Below are positions 28,227 to 38,066 of a stretch of 64,000 nucleotides of DNA, piece after piece. Within the stretch, counting starts at the first letter, position 1. Each line of letters starts with the position of its first letter. The translations under genes were made by a program, and so were the position numbers. The notes below the pieces were generated by a model, which saw only the letters and a program-made list of their open reading frames with translations, was not told the origin of the DNA and searched no databases. Source of the DNA: Candidatus Multivorans sp. (GTDB taxonomy: Bacteria; Acidobacteriota; Thermoanaerobaculia; Multivoradales; Multivoraceae); assembly GCA_965224025.1 (NCBI GenBank), contig OZ245033.1:4832001-4896000 (forward strand), read 5' to 3'.

Positions 28227-30545
28227 GTGACGACGGCAGCCCACGGCCGGGATCGGGGGCCGCGCGCGGCGGGCTCGGCGCGTACGGCTCCAGCCCGTGT
28301 CGTCCTCGTGGGCGCCGGACACACGCACATCCAGGTGCTGCGGCACTGGATCATGCGGCCCAACCCGGCAGTCGACGCCGCTCTCGTCGTCGACACGCCA
28401 ATCGCCGTCTACTCCGGCATGGCGCCCGGCCTGGTGGCCGGCCAGTACGAACGCCACGAACTGGAGATCGACGCCGTGCCGCTGGCGCGCAGGGCCGGAG
28501 TCCGGGTGGTCCTGGCGCCGTGCATCGGCGTCGAGGCCGCGGCGCGGCGGCTCCTGATCCGCGGTCGCGAACCCCTGCCATTCGACCTGGCGTCCTTCGA
28601 CGTGGGCGCCACGGTGGCCGCGCTCGACCTTCCCGGGGTCCGCGAGCACGCCGTTCCCACGCGGCCCATCAACCGCCTGGCGGCGGCGGTCGACGGTCGC
28701 ATCGAGGCCCTGACAGGCAAACGGCCGAAGGTTGTCGTCGTCGGTAGCGGCGCCGGCGGGATCGAATTGGCCTTTTGCATCGACGCACGGCTGCGAAGCC
28801 GCGGACTCGAACCGAGAACGACGATCGTCGAGGCGGGCGACGGCATCCTGCCCGGCTATCACCCGTCCCTGGCGCGCCGGATCGAGGCCGCGGCCCGCAC
28901 GCGCCGGATCGAGACGATCTTCCGCGCCAAGGTCGCCGCGGTCGAGGCGGACTCGGTTCGACTCGAAGGCGGCGGCCGGCTCGACGCCGACCTGACTTTC
29001 TGGGTCACGGGGGCCGCCGCGCTGCCGATCTTCCGCGACTCCGACCTGCCGCTCGACGACCGCGGCTTCGTGCGCACGCGATCGACCCTCCAGGTCGAGG
29101 AGAACGGCCACATCTTCGCCGTCGGCGACTGCGCGACCCTGACCGACCACCCAGGGCGCGCCCGCGCCGGCGTCTACGCGGTGCGCATGGGACCCTATCT
29201 CATCGACAACCTGGGGCGCCGGATCGGTGGGCGGACGCTCCGGCGCTACAAGCCGCAGGGCGACTTCCTTTCGCTGCTCAATCTCGGCGACGGAACGGCC
29301 GCGGGCGCCAAGTGGGGGCGCACGTTCGAGGGCAGGTGGGTCATGCGTCTGAAGGACCGGATCGACCGGCAGTTCATGGATCGCTTCCAGGCGCTCGATC
29401 CCGGCGGCGAGCCCCGACCCTGGCTCGCCGGCATGACCAACGAGGACGGCCGCGACGGCGTCGCCGGTGGCGCGATGGGCCACGCAGGCGGAGGCGAAGC
29501 GGCGCCCATGTTCTGTGGCGGCTGCGCCGCGAAGGTCGGGCCCGATCGCCTCGCCAGGGCGCTGGCGCGGGCGGGTCTGGACGAGAAGACCGGCCGGAGC
29601 GCCGACGTGATCCTCGATGTGGCGACCCCCGACGACGCAGTGGCGTACCGGACACCGGCCGGCGACCAGATCGTCGCTTCGCTCGATGCCTTTCCCGCCT
29701 TCACCGACGACCCATGGCTTGTCGGACGAGTGGCCGCGGTCAACGCCTGTTCCGATCTCTACGCCACCGGTGTCGCGCCCCGGGTCGCCCAGGCCCTGGT
29801 CACCCTGCCCCAGACCGCGGACGGCGAGGCGGCGGAGGAACTGCTGATCCAGGTCCTCGCCGGCGCCCGCGCGGCTCTGGATGCGGAGGACGTGCTCCTG
29901 CTGGGCGGCCACACGAACACCGGGCCCGAACTGGTCGTCGGCTTCCACGTCGAGGGCGTCGCCGGGAACAGCCACGACCTGCTGCTCAAGGGCGCGGTCC
30001 AGGCCGGCGACGAGCTGGTGCTCACCAAGCCGCTCGGCTGCGGCGTCCTGCTCGCTGCCGATCGGAAAGGCCTGTGCCCGGGTCGCTCGATCCGCGCCGC
30101 CCTCGCCTCGATGCAGATGAGTAATCGCGGCGCGATGGAGGCGGCCCGGCGCGCTGGCGCTAGGGCGGCAACCGACATCAGCGGCTTCGGTCTCGCCGGT
30201 CACGTCGGCGAGATGGCCCAAGCCAGCGGCGTCGACATCGAGGTCGATGTCGATGCTCTCCCAGCCCTCCCCGGCGCTCTGGAACTCCTGGATCGTGGCG
30301 AGCGCAGCACGAGCCACCTCCAGAACACCCGCCTGCCGCTGCCCGTGAAGCGCCAGGCATCGCCGGGGCCGCGGCTGGAGCTGGCCTTCGACCCCCAGAC
30401 CGCGGGCGGTCTGGTACTGGCGATCCCACCGGATCGAAGCGAGAGCCTGGTCGACGATCTCCGCTCCCAGGGACTCGCTTCGGCGCGTGTGGTCGCACAC
30501 GCCCGGCCGGCGCGCCCGGAGCGCCCGCAGTTGATCCTCCGTTAG
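28227..30545 (+). CDS. selD: Selenide,water dikinase SelD fused to N-terminal pyridine nucleotide-disulfide oxidoreductase
   Basis: VLVGAGHTH, VVGSGAGGIE, FAVGDC; then CGGCAAKVG, PDDA, NACSDLYATG, GGHT, LTKPLG, TDISGFGLAGH, FDPQTAGGL. Confidence 0.9.
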   Translation: MTTAAHGRDRGPRAAGSARTAPARVVLVGAGHTHIQVLRHWIMRPNPAVDAALVVDTPIAVYSGMAPGLVAGQYERHELEIDAVPLARRAGVRVVLAPCIGVEAAARRLLIRGREPLPFDLASFDVGATVAALDLPGVREHAVPTRPINRLAAAVDGRIEALTGKRPKVVVVGSGAGGIELAFCIDARLRSRGLEPRTTIVEAGDGILPGYHPSLARRIEAAARTRRIETIFRAKVAAVEADSVRLEGGGRLDADLTFWVTGAAALPIFRDSDLPLDDRGFVRTRSTLQVEENGHIFAVGDCATLTDHPGRARAGVYAVRMGPYLIDNLGRRIGGRTLRRYKPQGDFLSLLNLGDGTAAGAKWGRTFEGRWVMRLKDRIDRQFMDRFQALDPGGEPRPWLAGMTNEDGRDGVAGGAMGHAGGGEAAPMFCGGCAAKVGPDRLARALARAGLDEKTGRSADVILDVATPDDAVAYRTPAGDQIVASLDAFPAFTDDPWLVGRVAAVNACSDLYATGVAPRVAQALVTLPQTADGEAAEELLIQVLAGARAALDAEDVLLLGGHTNTGPELVVGFHVEGVAGNSHDLLLKGAVQAGDELVLTKPLGCGVLLAADRKGLCPGRSIRAALASMQMSNRGAMEAARRAGARAATDISGFGLAGHVGEMAQASGVDIEVDVDALPALPGALELLDRGERSTSHLQNTRLPLPVKRQASPGPRLELAFDPQTAGGLVLAIPPDRSESLVDDLRSQGLASARVVAHARPARPERPQLILR

Positions 30546-30631
30546 GAGTCGAGTCGCGGCGTCCGCGCCGCGCTGACGCACAGGAAACAGGGTTTGTTCC
30601 GTGCAAGTTCTGCCGCGCCTAGCGCCGCAAA

Positions 30632-31795
30632 TTGGGCGTAAGTCGTGCTAGTCTCCTCCTCGTGCCCGCTCTCCCGCGCGAGAATGCGCTTGCCGGCGCC
30701 GCACGGCCCGCCACGGCGCCGGCCGGAGCGGTGCGCGGCCGCGGCGCCGCCGCCAACCCGAGGAACCGCTTCGAACGGATCGACATCGAGCTCGAGCCGG
30801 GCGAGAGCACGGCCGAACGGGGCGATGCTCCGCCGACGGAACTGTTCCGCGACGACTCGAAGACGGTCCTGTCGCGCAACGACTCGCCGGACCTCGGCTT
30901 CCAGTACAGCCTGAACCCGTACCGCGGCTGCGAGCACGGCTGCATCTACTGCTATGCGCGGCCCACGCACGAGTACCTCGGCTTCTCCGCCGGGCTCGAT
31001 TTCGAGAGCCGGATCCTGGTCAAGGAAAAAGCGCCCGAACTGCTGCGCCGGGCCCTGGAGAACGCCCGCTGGACGCCCCAGGTCATCATGCTCTCCGGCG
31101 TCACCGACCCCTACCAGCCGATCGAGCGGCGGCTCCGCGTCACCCGCCGCTGCCTGGAGGTGCTGGCCGAGTTTCGCAACCCGGTAGCGATCGTGACCAA
31201 GAACCACCTGGTGACCCGCGACCTCGACCTGCTCCTGGAACTCAACCGGTTCCAGGCCTGCGCCGTCCACCTGTCGATCACGTCCGTGTCGCCGTCGCTT
31301 TCGGCTCGCATGGAGCCCAGGGCTTCGAGTCCACGGCGGCGGCTGGAAGCGCTGCGCGAGCTGAGCGAAGCCGGCATTCCCTGCGGCGTGATGGCGGCGC
31401 CGATCATCCCGAGCCTCAACGACGACCAGATCCCCGCCATCCTGGAGGCGGCCGCCGAAGCCGGCGCCCGGCGCGCGGGCTACATCCTGGTCCGCCTGCC
31501 GCACGGTCTGCGGGAACTCTTCGCCGACTGGCTCGGCACGCACTTTCCGGACCGGCGGGATCGGGTTCTGAACCGGCTGCGCGAGGCCCGCGACGGCGAC
31601 CTCAACGACCCACGCTTTCACCATCGGATGAAGGGCGGCGGAGAGTACGCCGAACAGATCGGCCGCCTGTTCGAGACGGTTCGCCGTCGCGTCGGTCTCG
31701 ACGGCGGCCGGAGCGGTCGCACCGGGAGCCCATCGGCAGCCTCGTTCCGGCGCCGTACCGCCCAGCGGACTCTGTTCCATCCGTGCGCCCGATGA
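30632..31795 (+). CDS. PA0069/SplB-like radical SAM protein
   Basis: NPYRGCEHGCIYCYARP, SGVTDPYQP, IVTK, MEPRA; start uncertain. Confidence 0.9.
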   Translation: MGVSRASLLLVPALPRENALAGAARPATAPAGAVRGRGAAANPRNRFERIDIELEPGESTAERGDAPPTELFRDDSKTVLSRNDSPDLGFQYSLNPYRGCEHGCIYCYARPTHEYLGFSAGLDFESRILVKEKAPELLRRALENARWTPQVIMLSGVTDPYQPIERRLRVTRRCLEVLAEFRNPVAIVTKNHLVTRDLDLLLELNRFQACAVHLSITSVSPSLSARMEPRASSPRRRLEALRELSEAGIPCGVMAAPIIPSLNDDQIPAILEAAAEAGARRAGYILVRLPHGLRELFADWLGTHFPDRRDRVLNRLREARDGDLNDPRFHHRMKGGGEYAEQIGRLFETVRRRVGLDGGRSGRTGSPSAASFRRRTAQRTLFHPCAR

Positions 31796-31845
31796 CGGGC
31801 GCACGGACTGGTTCACGGGTGGCGCGGGTCGCGCCACCCGGGTTC
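31777..31845. repeat. Double-hairpin repeat copy
   Basis: TCCGTGCGCCCG-ATGA-CGGGCGCACGGA and CGGGTGGCGCG-GGT-CGCGCCACCCG perfect stems. Confidence 0.8.
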
Positions 31846-31910
31846 GAGAACCCGCCGTCGCAGCCATGAGCGGGACCCGGTCCTTACTTGGGTCTGAGAC
31901 CGCTCGCTGC

Positions 31911-32060
31911 TACAATGCGCGTCCGCTCGACGGCGGCAGCGGGCTCCAGGAACAGTTGAAGCGATAGGTACGTCGGTCGAACCCGACTCTCGGCACGCTG
32001 GTCGGCTCGCTGCCTCCACGCCCATCGATCGGCAAAGCAAACAGGACATCGGAGAGACAG
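31911..32060 (+). promoter_or_regulatory. rpsD promoter (-10 TACAAT) and structured 5' leader
   Basis: TACAAT at 31911; GGCAGCGGGC (31935-44) pairs with GCTCGCTGCC (32005-14); inner GTCGG/CCGAC hairpin. Confidence 0.5.
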
Positions 32061-32654
32061 GTGAAGTTCAACGGGCCCAAGGTCAAGCTCTCGCGCAAGC
32101 TGGGCGTCGCTCTGACGTCCAAGGCGGCGCGGTACATGGAAAAGAAGAGCCACCCGCCAGGCATGCATGGCCTGAAGCGGCGCCGGCGCCAGAGCAACTA
32201 CGGAAGGCAGTTGCTCGAGAAGCAGCGGCTGCGCTTCCAGTACAACGTCAGCGAGCGCCAGCTCCGCAACTACTACAAGCGCGCGACCCGCATGAGAGGC
32301 GTAACCGGCGACAACCTCGTCGGACTGCTTGAGACCCGGCTCGACGCGGTCGTTCATCGCGCCTTCGCCCCCAGCGTGTTCGCCGCGCGCCAGTTCGTCG
32401 GCCACGGTCACATCCTGGTCAACGGACGCCGGGTGGACATCCCGTCCTACCGGGTCAAGGAGGGCGACGTCGTCCAGGTACGCGAGAAGAGCCGCAAGCT
32501 GCGCTGCTTCAACGAGCCGCGCGGCGTCACCGTGCCCACCTACGTCGAGACGGACGAAACGGGCTACGAGGCGACGCTGCGCAACACGCCGGTTCGGGAC
32601 GAGGTTCCGATCGTGTGCGAAGTGCCTCTCGTCATCGAGTACTACTCCCGTTAG
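32061..32654 (+). CDS. rpsD: 30S ribosomal protein S4, stand-alone, lacking N-terminal Zn-ribbon cysteines
   Basis: GPKVKLSRKLG, PPGMHG, YGRQLLEKQRLR, LETRLDAVV, ARQFVGHGHILVNG, VIEYYSR. Confidence 0.95.
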   Translation: MKFNGPKVKLSRKLGVALTSKAARYMEKKSHPPGMHGLKRRRRQSNYGRQLLEKQRLRFQYNVSERQLRNYYKRATRMRGVTGDNLVGLLETRLDAVVHRAFAPSVFAARQFVGHGHILVNGRRVDIPSYRVKEGDVVQVREKSRKLRCFNEPRGVTVPTYVETDETGYEATLRNTPVRDEVPIVCEVPLVIEYYSR

Positions 32655-32679
32655 AGCCGCCAAACCCGTCGAAGACTCC

Positions 32680-33411
32680 GTGTTCGGCCCCCAACACAAG
32701 CGCATCTCCATTCCCGCCGCCGTTCTCGCGGTCGCCGCTCTTCTCGCCGGCGCCGTTCCGGCGGCGGCCGCCGATTTCAGCATCAGCGGCACGGTGATCT
32801 ACGAAGGCGAGCCGCTCAAGCGCTATCCGCTGCGCATGGACGCCGACCCGAACTGCGCAGAAATCTACGACGGCAAACGGGTCTTCTCACGCGACAGCCT
32901 GATCGGAGAGGGCGGCGCGATCGAGAACGTCTTCGTCTATCTGAAGGAGGCGCCCGAGGGAAGCGCCGGCGAAACACCGGCGGAGGCGGTGCGGCTGGAG
33001 CAGCGAGGCTGCCTCTACACACCGCGGGTCATCGGCGCCCGCGTCAACCAGGACATCGAGATCGTCAACGACGATCCCACGCTTCACAACGTGCGGGCCC
33101 TGGCCAAGGCGAACCGGCCGTTCAACATCGGCCAGCCGGCGCGGGGCGCCAGAACCAAGTCGTTTCGGGCGGCCGAGAAGCCGATCAAGGTCAAGTGCGA
33201 TGTCCACCCCTGGATGGCGGCCTACGTCTTCGTCATGGAGCACTCCTTCCACTCGACCACCGGCCCCGACGGTGCGTACCGGATCGAAGCCTTGCCCGGC
33301 GGTTCCCACGAACTCGTCTTCTGGCACGAGAAACTGGGCGAGCAGGTGGTCGAAGTCGAGGTAAGCGGTGATGTCGAGGGTCTTGACTTGACCTTCGAAG
33401 GCAGCGAGTAG
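32680..33411 (+). CDS. Secreted cupredoxin-like/carboxypeptidase-regulatory-like protein
   Basis: Signal peptide, QRGCLYTPRV, NDDPTLHNV, KCDVHPWM, WHEKLG. Confidence 0.8.
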   Translation: MFGPQHKRISIPAAVLAVAALLAGAVPAAAADFSISGTVIYEGEPLKRYPLRMDADPNCAEIYDGKRVFSRDSLIGEGGAIENVFVYLKEAPEGSAGETPAEAVRLEQRGCLYTPRVIGARVNQDIEIVNDDPTLHNVRALAKANRPFNIGQPARGARTKSFRAAEKPIKVKCDVHPWMAAYVFVMEHSFHSTTGPDGAYRIEALPGGSHELVFWHEKLGEQVVEVEVSGDVEGLDLTFEGSE

Positions 33412-33423
33412 GCGCACGCGAGG

Positions 33424-33822
33424 ATGGCCTACGGCGTCCGGAAGATCGCAGGGGTAGGTCCGGTCGTCGCCAAGAAGCTGGCCACCGCCGACATCCGGAC
33501 CACCGCCGCCCTCCTCGCCGCCGGTAGCGGCCGGAGGGAGCGCCGCAAGCTCTCCGAACGAACCAGCCTGCCCGAGCGGCAGCTTCAGAGGTTCGTGAAC
33601 ATGGCCGACCTGATGCGAATCCGCGGCGTCGGCGGAGACTTCGCCGAACTGCTTTGCGCTTCGGGTGTACGCACCGTCCGCGACCTGAGCCGCCGTCGCG
33701 CGTTCAATCTGGCCGCCAAGATGAGCACCGTGAACGCGGTCCGGAAGCTGAGCCGCCGCGCGCCCTCCGCCTCCATGGTCGAACGCTGGATCACACAGGC
33801 CGGGGAACTGAAGGATGAATAG
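33424..33822 (+). CDS. DUF4332 helix-hairpin-helix protein
   Basis: IAGVGP...KL, ADLMRIRGVG..FAELL, VERWI..A. Confidence 0.8.
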   Translation: MAYGVRKIAGVGPVVAKKLATADIRTTAALLAAGSGRRERRKLSERTSLPERQLQRFVNMADLMRIRGVGGDFAELLCASGVRTVRDLSRRRAFNLAAKMSTVNAVRKLSRRAPSASMVERWITQAGELKDE

Positions 33823-33823
33823 T

Positions 33824-33880
33824 CCCTCCGCAACGGTGGAACGCTGGATCGCGCAAGCGAATGAGCTCAAGGAGAGCTAA
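33824..33880 (+). pseudogene. Diverged duplicate of DUF4332 3' end
   Basis: Encodes PSATVERWIAQANELKES* versus gene tail PSASMVERWITQAGELKDE*. Confidence 0.7.
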
Positions 33881-35131
33881 GTGCCAACCCGGCGTCCTCT
33901 CGGCATCGGTTTCGTCGGCAGCGGCTTCATCACCCGCTTCCATATCCGTTCCTGGACCGCGGTCCGGGGGGCCGACATTCGGGGCGTCTGGAGTCCCAAC
34001 CGGACCAGCGCCGACTCCGCGGCGGCCTTGGCGAACGACCTGGACGTCGGCGAGGCCCGGGCCTACGAGTCCATCGCCGCGATGGTCGAGGACGAAGGAA
34101 TCGACGCGATCTGGATCTGCGGCCGCAACGACCACCGCGTCGCGAACATGGAGGAGATCGCCGGCGCGGTGAGCACCGGCCGTGGCCGTCTGGTCGGCGT
34201 CGCCTGCGAGAAGCCGCTCGCGCGCAACGCCGCCGAAGCGCTGCGAATGGTCGAGCTCGCGCGTGACATCGAGGTTCTGGACGGCTACCTCGAGAACCAG
34301 GTCTTCAGCCCCGCCGTGGTGCGCGGCCGCGAACTCGCCTGGGAGCGCGGCGCCCGCGCCGCCGGCCGGCCCTATCTGGCCCGCGCCGCCGAGGAACACT
34401 CCGGCCCGCACAACGCGTGGTTCTGGCGCGGCGACCTGCAGGGCGGTGGAGTGCTGAACGACATGATGTGCCACTCGGTCGAGGCGGCGCGGTTCCTGCT
34501 CACCGACCCGGACAAACCGCGGAGCAGCCTGACGCCGAAGCGGGTCAACGCCCAGATCCACTGCCTGAAGTGGCAGCGCCCCGAGTACGCGGCGCGCTTG
34601 CGCCGACAGTATGGCGACGCGGTCGACTACGCGCGCCGGCCGGCGGAAGACTTCGCGCGCGCCATGGTCGAGTACGAGGACGAGGCCGGCACGCCCCTGG
34701 TGGTCGAGGCAACGACTTCCTGGAGCTACGTGGGCGCCGGTTTGCGACTGTCCATGGAACTGCTGGGCCCCGAGTACTCGATGCGGGCGAACAGCCTCGA
34801 CACGGATCTTGAACTCTTCTTCAGCCGTGACTTGGCGCAGCACAGCGGCGAGGACCTGGTCGAGAAACAGAACGCGGAGATGGGGCTGATGCCGGTGCTC
34901 GCGAACGAGCCCGTGGCCTACGGCTACGACGCCGAGAACAGGCACATGGTGGAGAGTTTCCGCCGCGGCAAGCGACCCAGGGAGACCTTCGAGGACGGTC
35001 TGGAGGTCACCCGCCTGCTGATGGCCGCCTACATGAGCGCCGAGATGGGCCGGGCCGTCGACTACCCGCCCGAAGGCCTCGACGAGTTCGTGCCCGCCGT
35101 CGCGCGCGGCGAATGGAACCCCGCCGGCTGA
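33881..35131 (+). CDS. Gfo/Idh/MocA family oxidoreductase
   Basis: IGFVGSGFI, CEKPLA, GGGVLNDMMCH. Confidence 0.9.
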   Translation: MPTRRPLGIGFVGSGFITRFHIRSWTAVRGADIRGVWSPNRTSADSAAALANDLDVGEARAYESIAAMVEDEGIDAIWICGRNDHRVANMEEIAGAVSTGRGRLVGVACEKPLARNAAEALRMVELARDIEVLDGYLENQVFSPAVVRGRELAWERGARAAGRPYLARAAEEHSGPHNAWFWRGDLQGGGVLNDMMCHSVEAARFLLTDPDKPRSSLTPKRVNAQIHCLKWQRPEYAARLRRQYGDAVDYARRPAEDFARAMVEYEDEAGTPLVVEATTSWSYVGAGLRLSMELLGPEYSMRANSLDTDLELFFSRDLAQHSGEDLVEKQNAEMGLMPVLANEPVAYGYDAENRHMVESFRRGKRPRETFEDGLEVTRLLMAAYMSAEMGRAVDYPPEGLDEFVPAVARGEWNPAG

Positions 35132-35200
35132 AGACCTCCCGCTGCGTACGCCGGCCTCCGGCCGGCATCCGCCGTAGGCGGAATCCGCCCGCCCGCTCCT

Positions 35201-36478
35201 CTACTCGACCTCGTAGTAGTCCACGAATCCGATCATCATTTCGTCCGTGGTCTCCCGGCCCCAGGAGACGTCGCGGGTCGGATCCGGGTTGTCGGGATTG
35301 CCGCTGCTGTTGTCGTAGGTTGCCACGCAGAGCAGCTTCGTACCCGCGGGCATCGGCTTCGGCTCGGCCAGGCGGTAGGTCGTCTGCCAGTTGAAGTCGT
35401 AGCCGTCGACCCGCAGGAGGACCTCGGACCGGCCGTCCGGGTACTCCGCCCGGAACTCGAACGTCTCGCCGCGCAGATGCATGTGCGGCCGGAGCGACAG
35501 CAGTCGGCTCTGCCGCGGGAACACGAGTTCCGCCTCGAAGCGAACGTCGGGCTCCCCCGCCGGAATCCACAGGAACGGAGTCGAACACAGAGCCGTGCGC
35601 GACTCGTGGCGCGGGGGCTCGGAGGCGAGCACCAGACCGATCCGGCTGCGGTCGGTCTCCACGCGACCGGTCGGCGTGTAGTGCATCTGGAAATCGATCA
35701 CCGCGCCGGCGGGCAGCCGGCGGCCGACGCCCGGCGGCATCACGAGCGGCTCCGTGCCCGGGGCGTAACCGCCCAGGTCGCCCGCGGTTCGCGGATCGCC
35801 ACTGGCCGGCGCCGCCGCCGCAACGGCGCCCGAAAACGCCTGCACGATCACGTGATGAACGACGGCGGCGTTGCCCGGCTGCGTCTCCGCCGCCTGAATC
35901 CACACGTCCTCCGGCAGATCGGTCTCCACTTGGTAGCCGTGGTAGGGGATCTCGCCGGCGGCCGGAATCGTGACCTCCCGCGGCAGCTCGTAGATCAGGT
36001 CGGGGGCGCCGATTCGCCAGCCCGCCGAGCGGTCCGGGGCAGAGGGGGGAGCCACCTGACCGCCTCCGGACCCGGGGCGGCTGCCGCCATCGATCCAGGC
36101 CAGCAGCTTCTCCTTCTCGGCCGCCGGCAGTCGCCGGTCGTTGGCGAACTCACCGTAGCGCGAATCGGCGCGCCACGGCGGCATCGCCCCCGACGCGACA
36201 GCGCGCCGGATCGAGGACGCCCAGGCACGGGCCTGCTCGAAGGTCTCGAGCGCGAAGGGCGCCGGCCCACCTTCGTGGTGGCAGCCGGCGCAGCGGAGCC
36301 GGAACACCCCGGCTACGCGGTCGTAGTCGACCTCTGCAGCGGGCAGCGCCGCCGAAGCGAGGACCGAAGCGGCCAGGACGGTAACGACCGCCGCGCCGGC
36401 CTCAGCGGAGACGGCAGCAGCCCGCGCCGTAGGACTCGTATCACTCCGGGCCTGGGAACGCGGGCGTCTCGCCCGCAT
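35201..36478 (-). CDS. Cytochrome c plus copper type II monooxygenase-like secreted protein
   Basis: CAGCH heme motif, MPPW, VVHH, QMHY, PHMHLRG, DEMM; start uncertain (ATG lies inside REP). Confidence 0.75.
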   Translation of the reverse strand: MRARRPRSQARSDTSPTARAAAVSAEAGAAVVTVLAASVLASAALPAAEVDYDRVAGVFRLRCAGCHHEGGPAPFALETFEQARAWASSIRRAVASGAMPPWRADSRYGEFANDRRLPAAEKEKLLAWIDGGSRPGSGGGQVAPPSAPDRSAGWRIGAPDLIYELPREVTIPAAGEIPYHGYQVETDLPEDVWIQAAETQPGNAAVVHHVIVQAFSGAVAAAAPASGDPRTAGDLGGYAPGTEPLVMPPGVGRRLPAGAVIDFQMHYTPTGRVETDRSRIGLVLASEPPRHESRTALCSTPFLWIPAGEPDVRFEAELVFPRQSRLLSLRPHMHLRGETFEFRAEYPDGRSEVLLRVDGYDFNWQTTYRLAEPKPMPAGTKLLCVATYDNSSGNPDNPDPTRDVSWGRETTDEMMIGFVDYYEVE

Positions 36479-36480
36479 CC
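36451..36480 (+). repeat. REP-like palindrome copy
   Basis: CCTGGGAACGCGGGCGTCTCGCCCGCATCC. Confidence 0.85.
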
Positions 36481-36522
36481 GGCGCGCAAGCGCCGGTCCG
36501 GCAGCTTCAACAGACGTCCCGA

Positions 36523-37953
36523 TCAGGGGCCGCCCTGGTTCGTCAACCGGTAGAGCTTGCTTCGCGTACGGATGAAGAGGTTGCCGTCGGCGATCGCCGG
36601 CGTCGACATGCACATCTCGTCGAGCGAATTCTTACCCACGACCTTGAACTCGTCGCCGGCTTCGATGACGAACGTGTCACCGTCCTCGCTGAGCACGAAG
36701 ACCTTGCCGTTGTAAGCCCAGGGCGAGGCCGTGAAGGCGCCGGAGCCGCGCTCGATGCGCTGCTTGCCGTAGACCTCGGCGCCGGTCTTCGGATCGTGCG
36801 CGGTGAAGAAGCCGCGGTCGAGCAGGGTGTAGAACCGGTCTCGGTAGATCAAGGGCGTCGGGTTGTAGGCGCCGGCCTGGGGCTGGTACCAGACCACCCA
36901 CCGGTTGCTCTGCTGATCCTCTTCGAGGGTGATGTCCCCTTCGGCACCCGGCCTGATCGCGTAGACGGGGCGAATCTGGTCGCCGATGTATCCCGACGAC
37001 ACGTAGAGCAGGCCGTACTCCGAGAACGGCTGCGGAATCGCGATCGACGACATGCCGCCGAAGTGCCAGAGCAGATTGCCCTCCTTGTCGTAGGAACGCA
37101 CCTGGTCGGTGCCGACCGTGATCACCTCGGTGCGCAGTTCGTTCTCCCACACGAAAGGCGTCGCCCAGTTGCTGCCCTCGTCCCTGGGGTCGCGCCACAA
37201 CTCCTCGCCGGTCGCGGCGTCGAGCGCCACCATGTAGGACTGGTCCTCGTTGTCGTTCACGATGTAGAGCTGCCCGTCGTGGACGATGGGCGACGCCGCC
37301 GTACCCCAGCCGTAGCGGGTCGGTGCGACCTCGAAGAGCGCTTCCGCGGCATCCTCTCCTCCCTCGTCGGCGTCAGCGCCTTCGTCGGCATCGGTTTCAC
37401 GCACGGGACGCTCCCACACCGGTTCGCCGTCCAGCGTGAAGGCGAACACGCCGACGTTGCCGAAGTAGGCGTACACCCGCTCGCCATCCGTGACCGGGGT
37501 CTCCGAGGCGTAGGTGTTCTTGAGATGCCGCGGGAAGTCCGGCGGGGCGACCATCACCTCGCGCTCCCAGCACTTCTCGCCGGTTTCCACCTGGAAGCAG
37601 TAAACCGTCCAGTGGTGGGCGTCCGCCGACGGCTGCATCCGGTTGCCGCCCAGGTAGAGCCCCTTCTTCGGCTCTTCGACCTCCCCCTCGCTCCATACCG
37701 TGGTGACGAAGATGCGGTCGCCCAGGACGATCGGCGAGGACCACCCGAGACCCGGCACGTCCACGGACCAGACCACGTTCTCCTCCGTACTCCAGGAATC
37801 CGGCAGGCGGGGATCGTCATCGGCGACGCTCATCGAGTCCGCGCCGCGGAAGGAGGGCCAGTTGTCTGTGGACGGCGGCGCGGCGAGGGCCGAGCCGGCG
37901 GCCAGCAACACCACGGCGAGGGCGGCGAGCAGAGGGGTGGAACGACGCATCAT
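36523..37953 (-). CDS. PQQ-binding-like beta-propeller (BamB-like) secreted protein
   Basis: NWPSFRG, GLGWSSP, YASETPVTDG, ASP..., STPAIADG. Confidence 0.88.
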   Translation of the reverse strand: MMRRSTPLLAALAVVLLAAGSALAAPPSTDNWPSFRGADSMSVADDDPRLPDSWSTEENVVWSVDVPGLGWSSPIVLGDRIFVTTVWSEGEVEEPKKGLYLGGNRMQPSADAHHWTVYCFQVETGEKCWEREVMVAPPDFPRHLKNTYASETPVTDGERVYAYFGNVGVFAFTLDGEPVWERPVRETDADEGADADEGGEDAAEALFEVAPTRYGWGTAASPIVHDGQLYIVNDNEDQSYMVALDAATGEELWRDPRDEGSNWATPFVWENELRTEVITVGTDQVRSYDKEGNLLWHFGGMSSIAIPQPFSEYGLLYVSSGYIGDQIRPVYAIRPGAEGDITLEEDQQSNRWVVWYQPQAGAYNPTPLIYRDRFYTLLDRGFFTAHDPKTGAEVYGKQRIERGSGAFTASPWAYNGKVFVLSEDGDTFVIEAGDEFKVVGKNSLDEMCMSTPAIADGNLFIRTRSKLYRLTNQGGP

Positions 37954-38066
37954 GAACCTCCAGTGGGGAGATCGGTACGAACAGATCCTGCCTGCGCCTA
38001 CGGGGCAGGCAGTCGGGATCGCGGTTGTAGCGGCGGGGCGCAGCTTAGCACCGGCCCAGGCGCCGC

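Noticed and set aside
29500-29540. Selenocysteine recoding in SelD
   Set aside because: Active-site residues are Cys codons; no in-frame TGA
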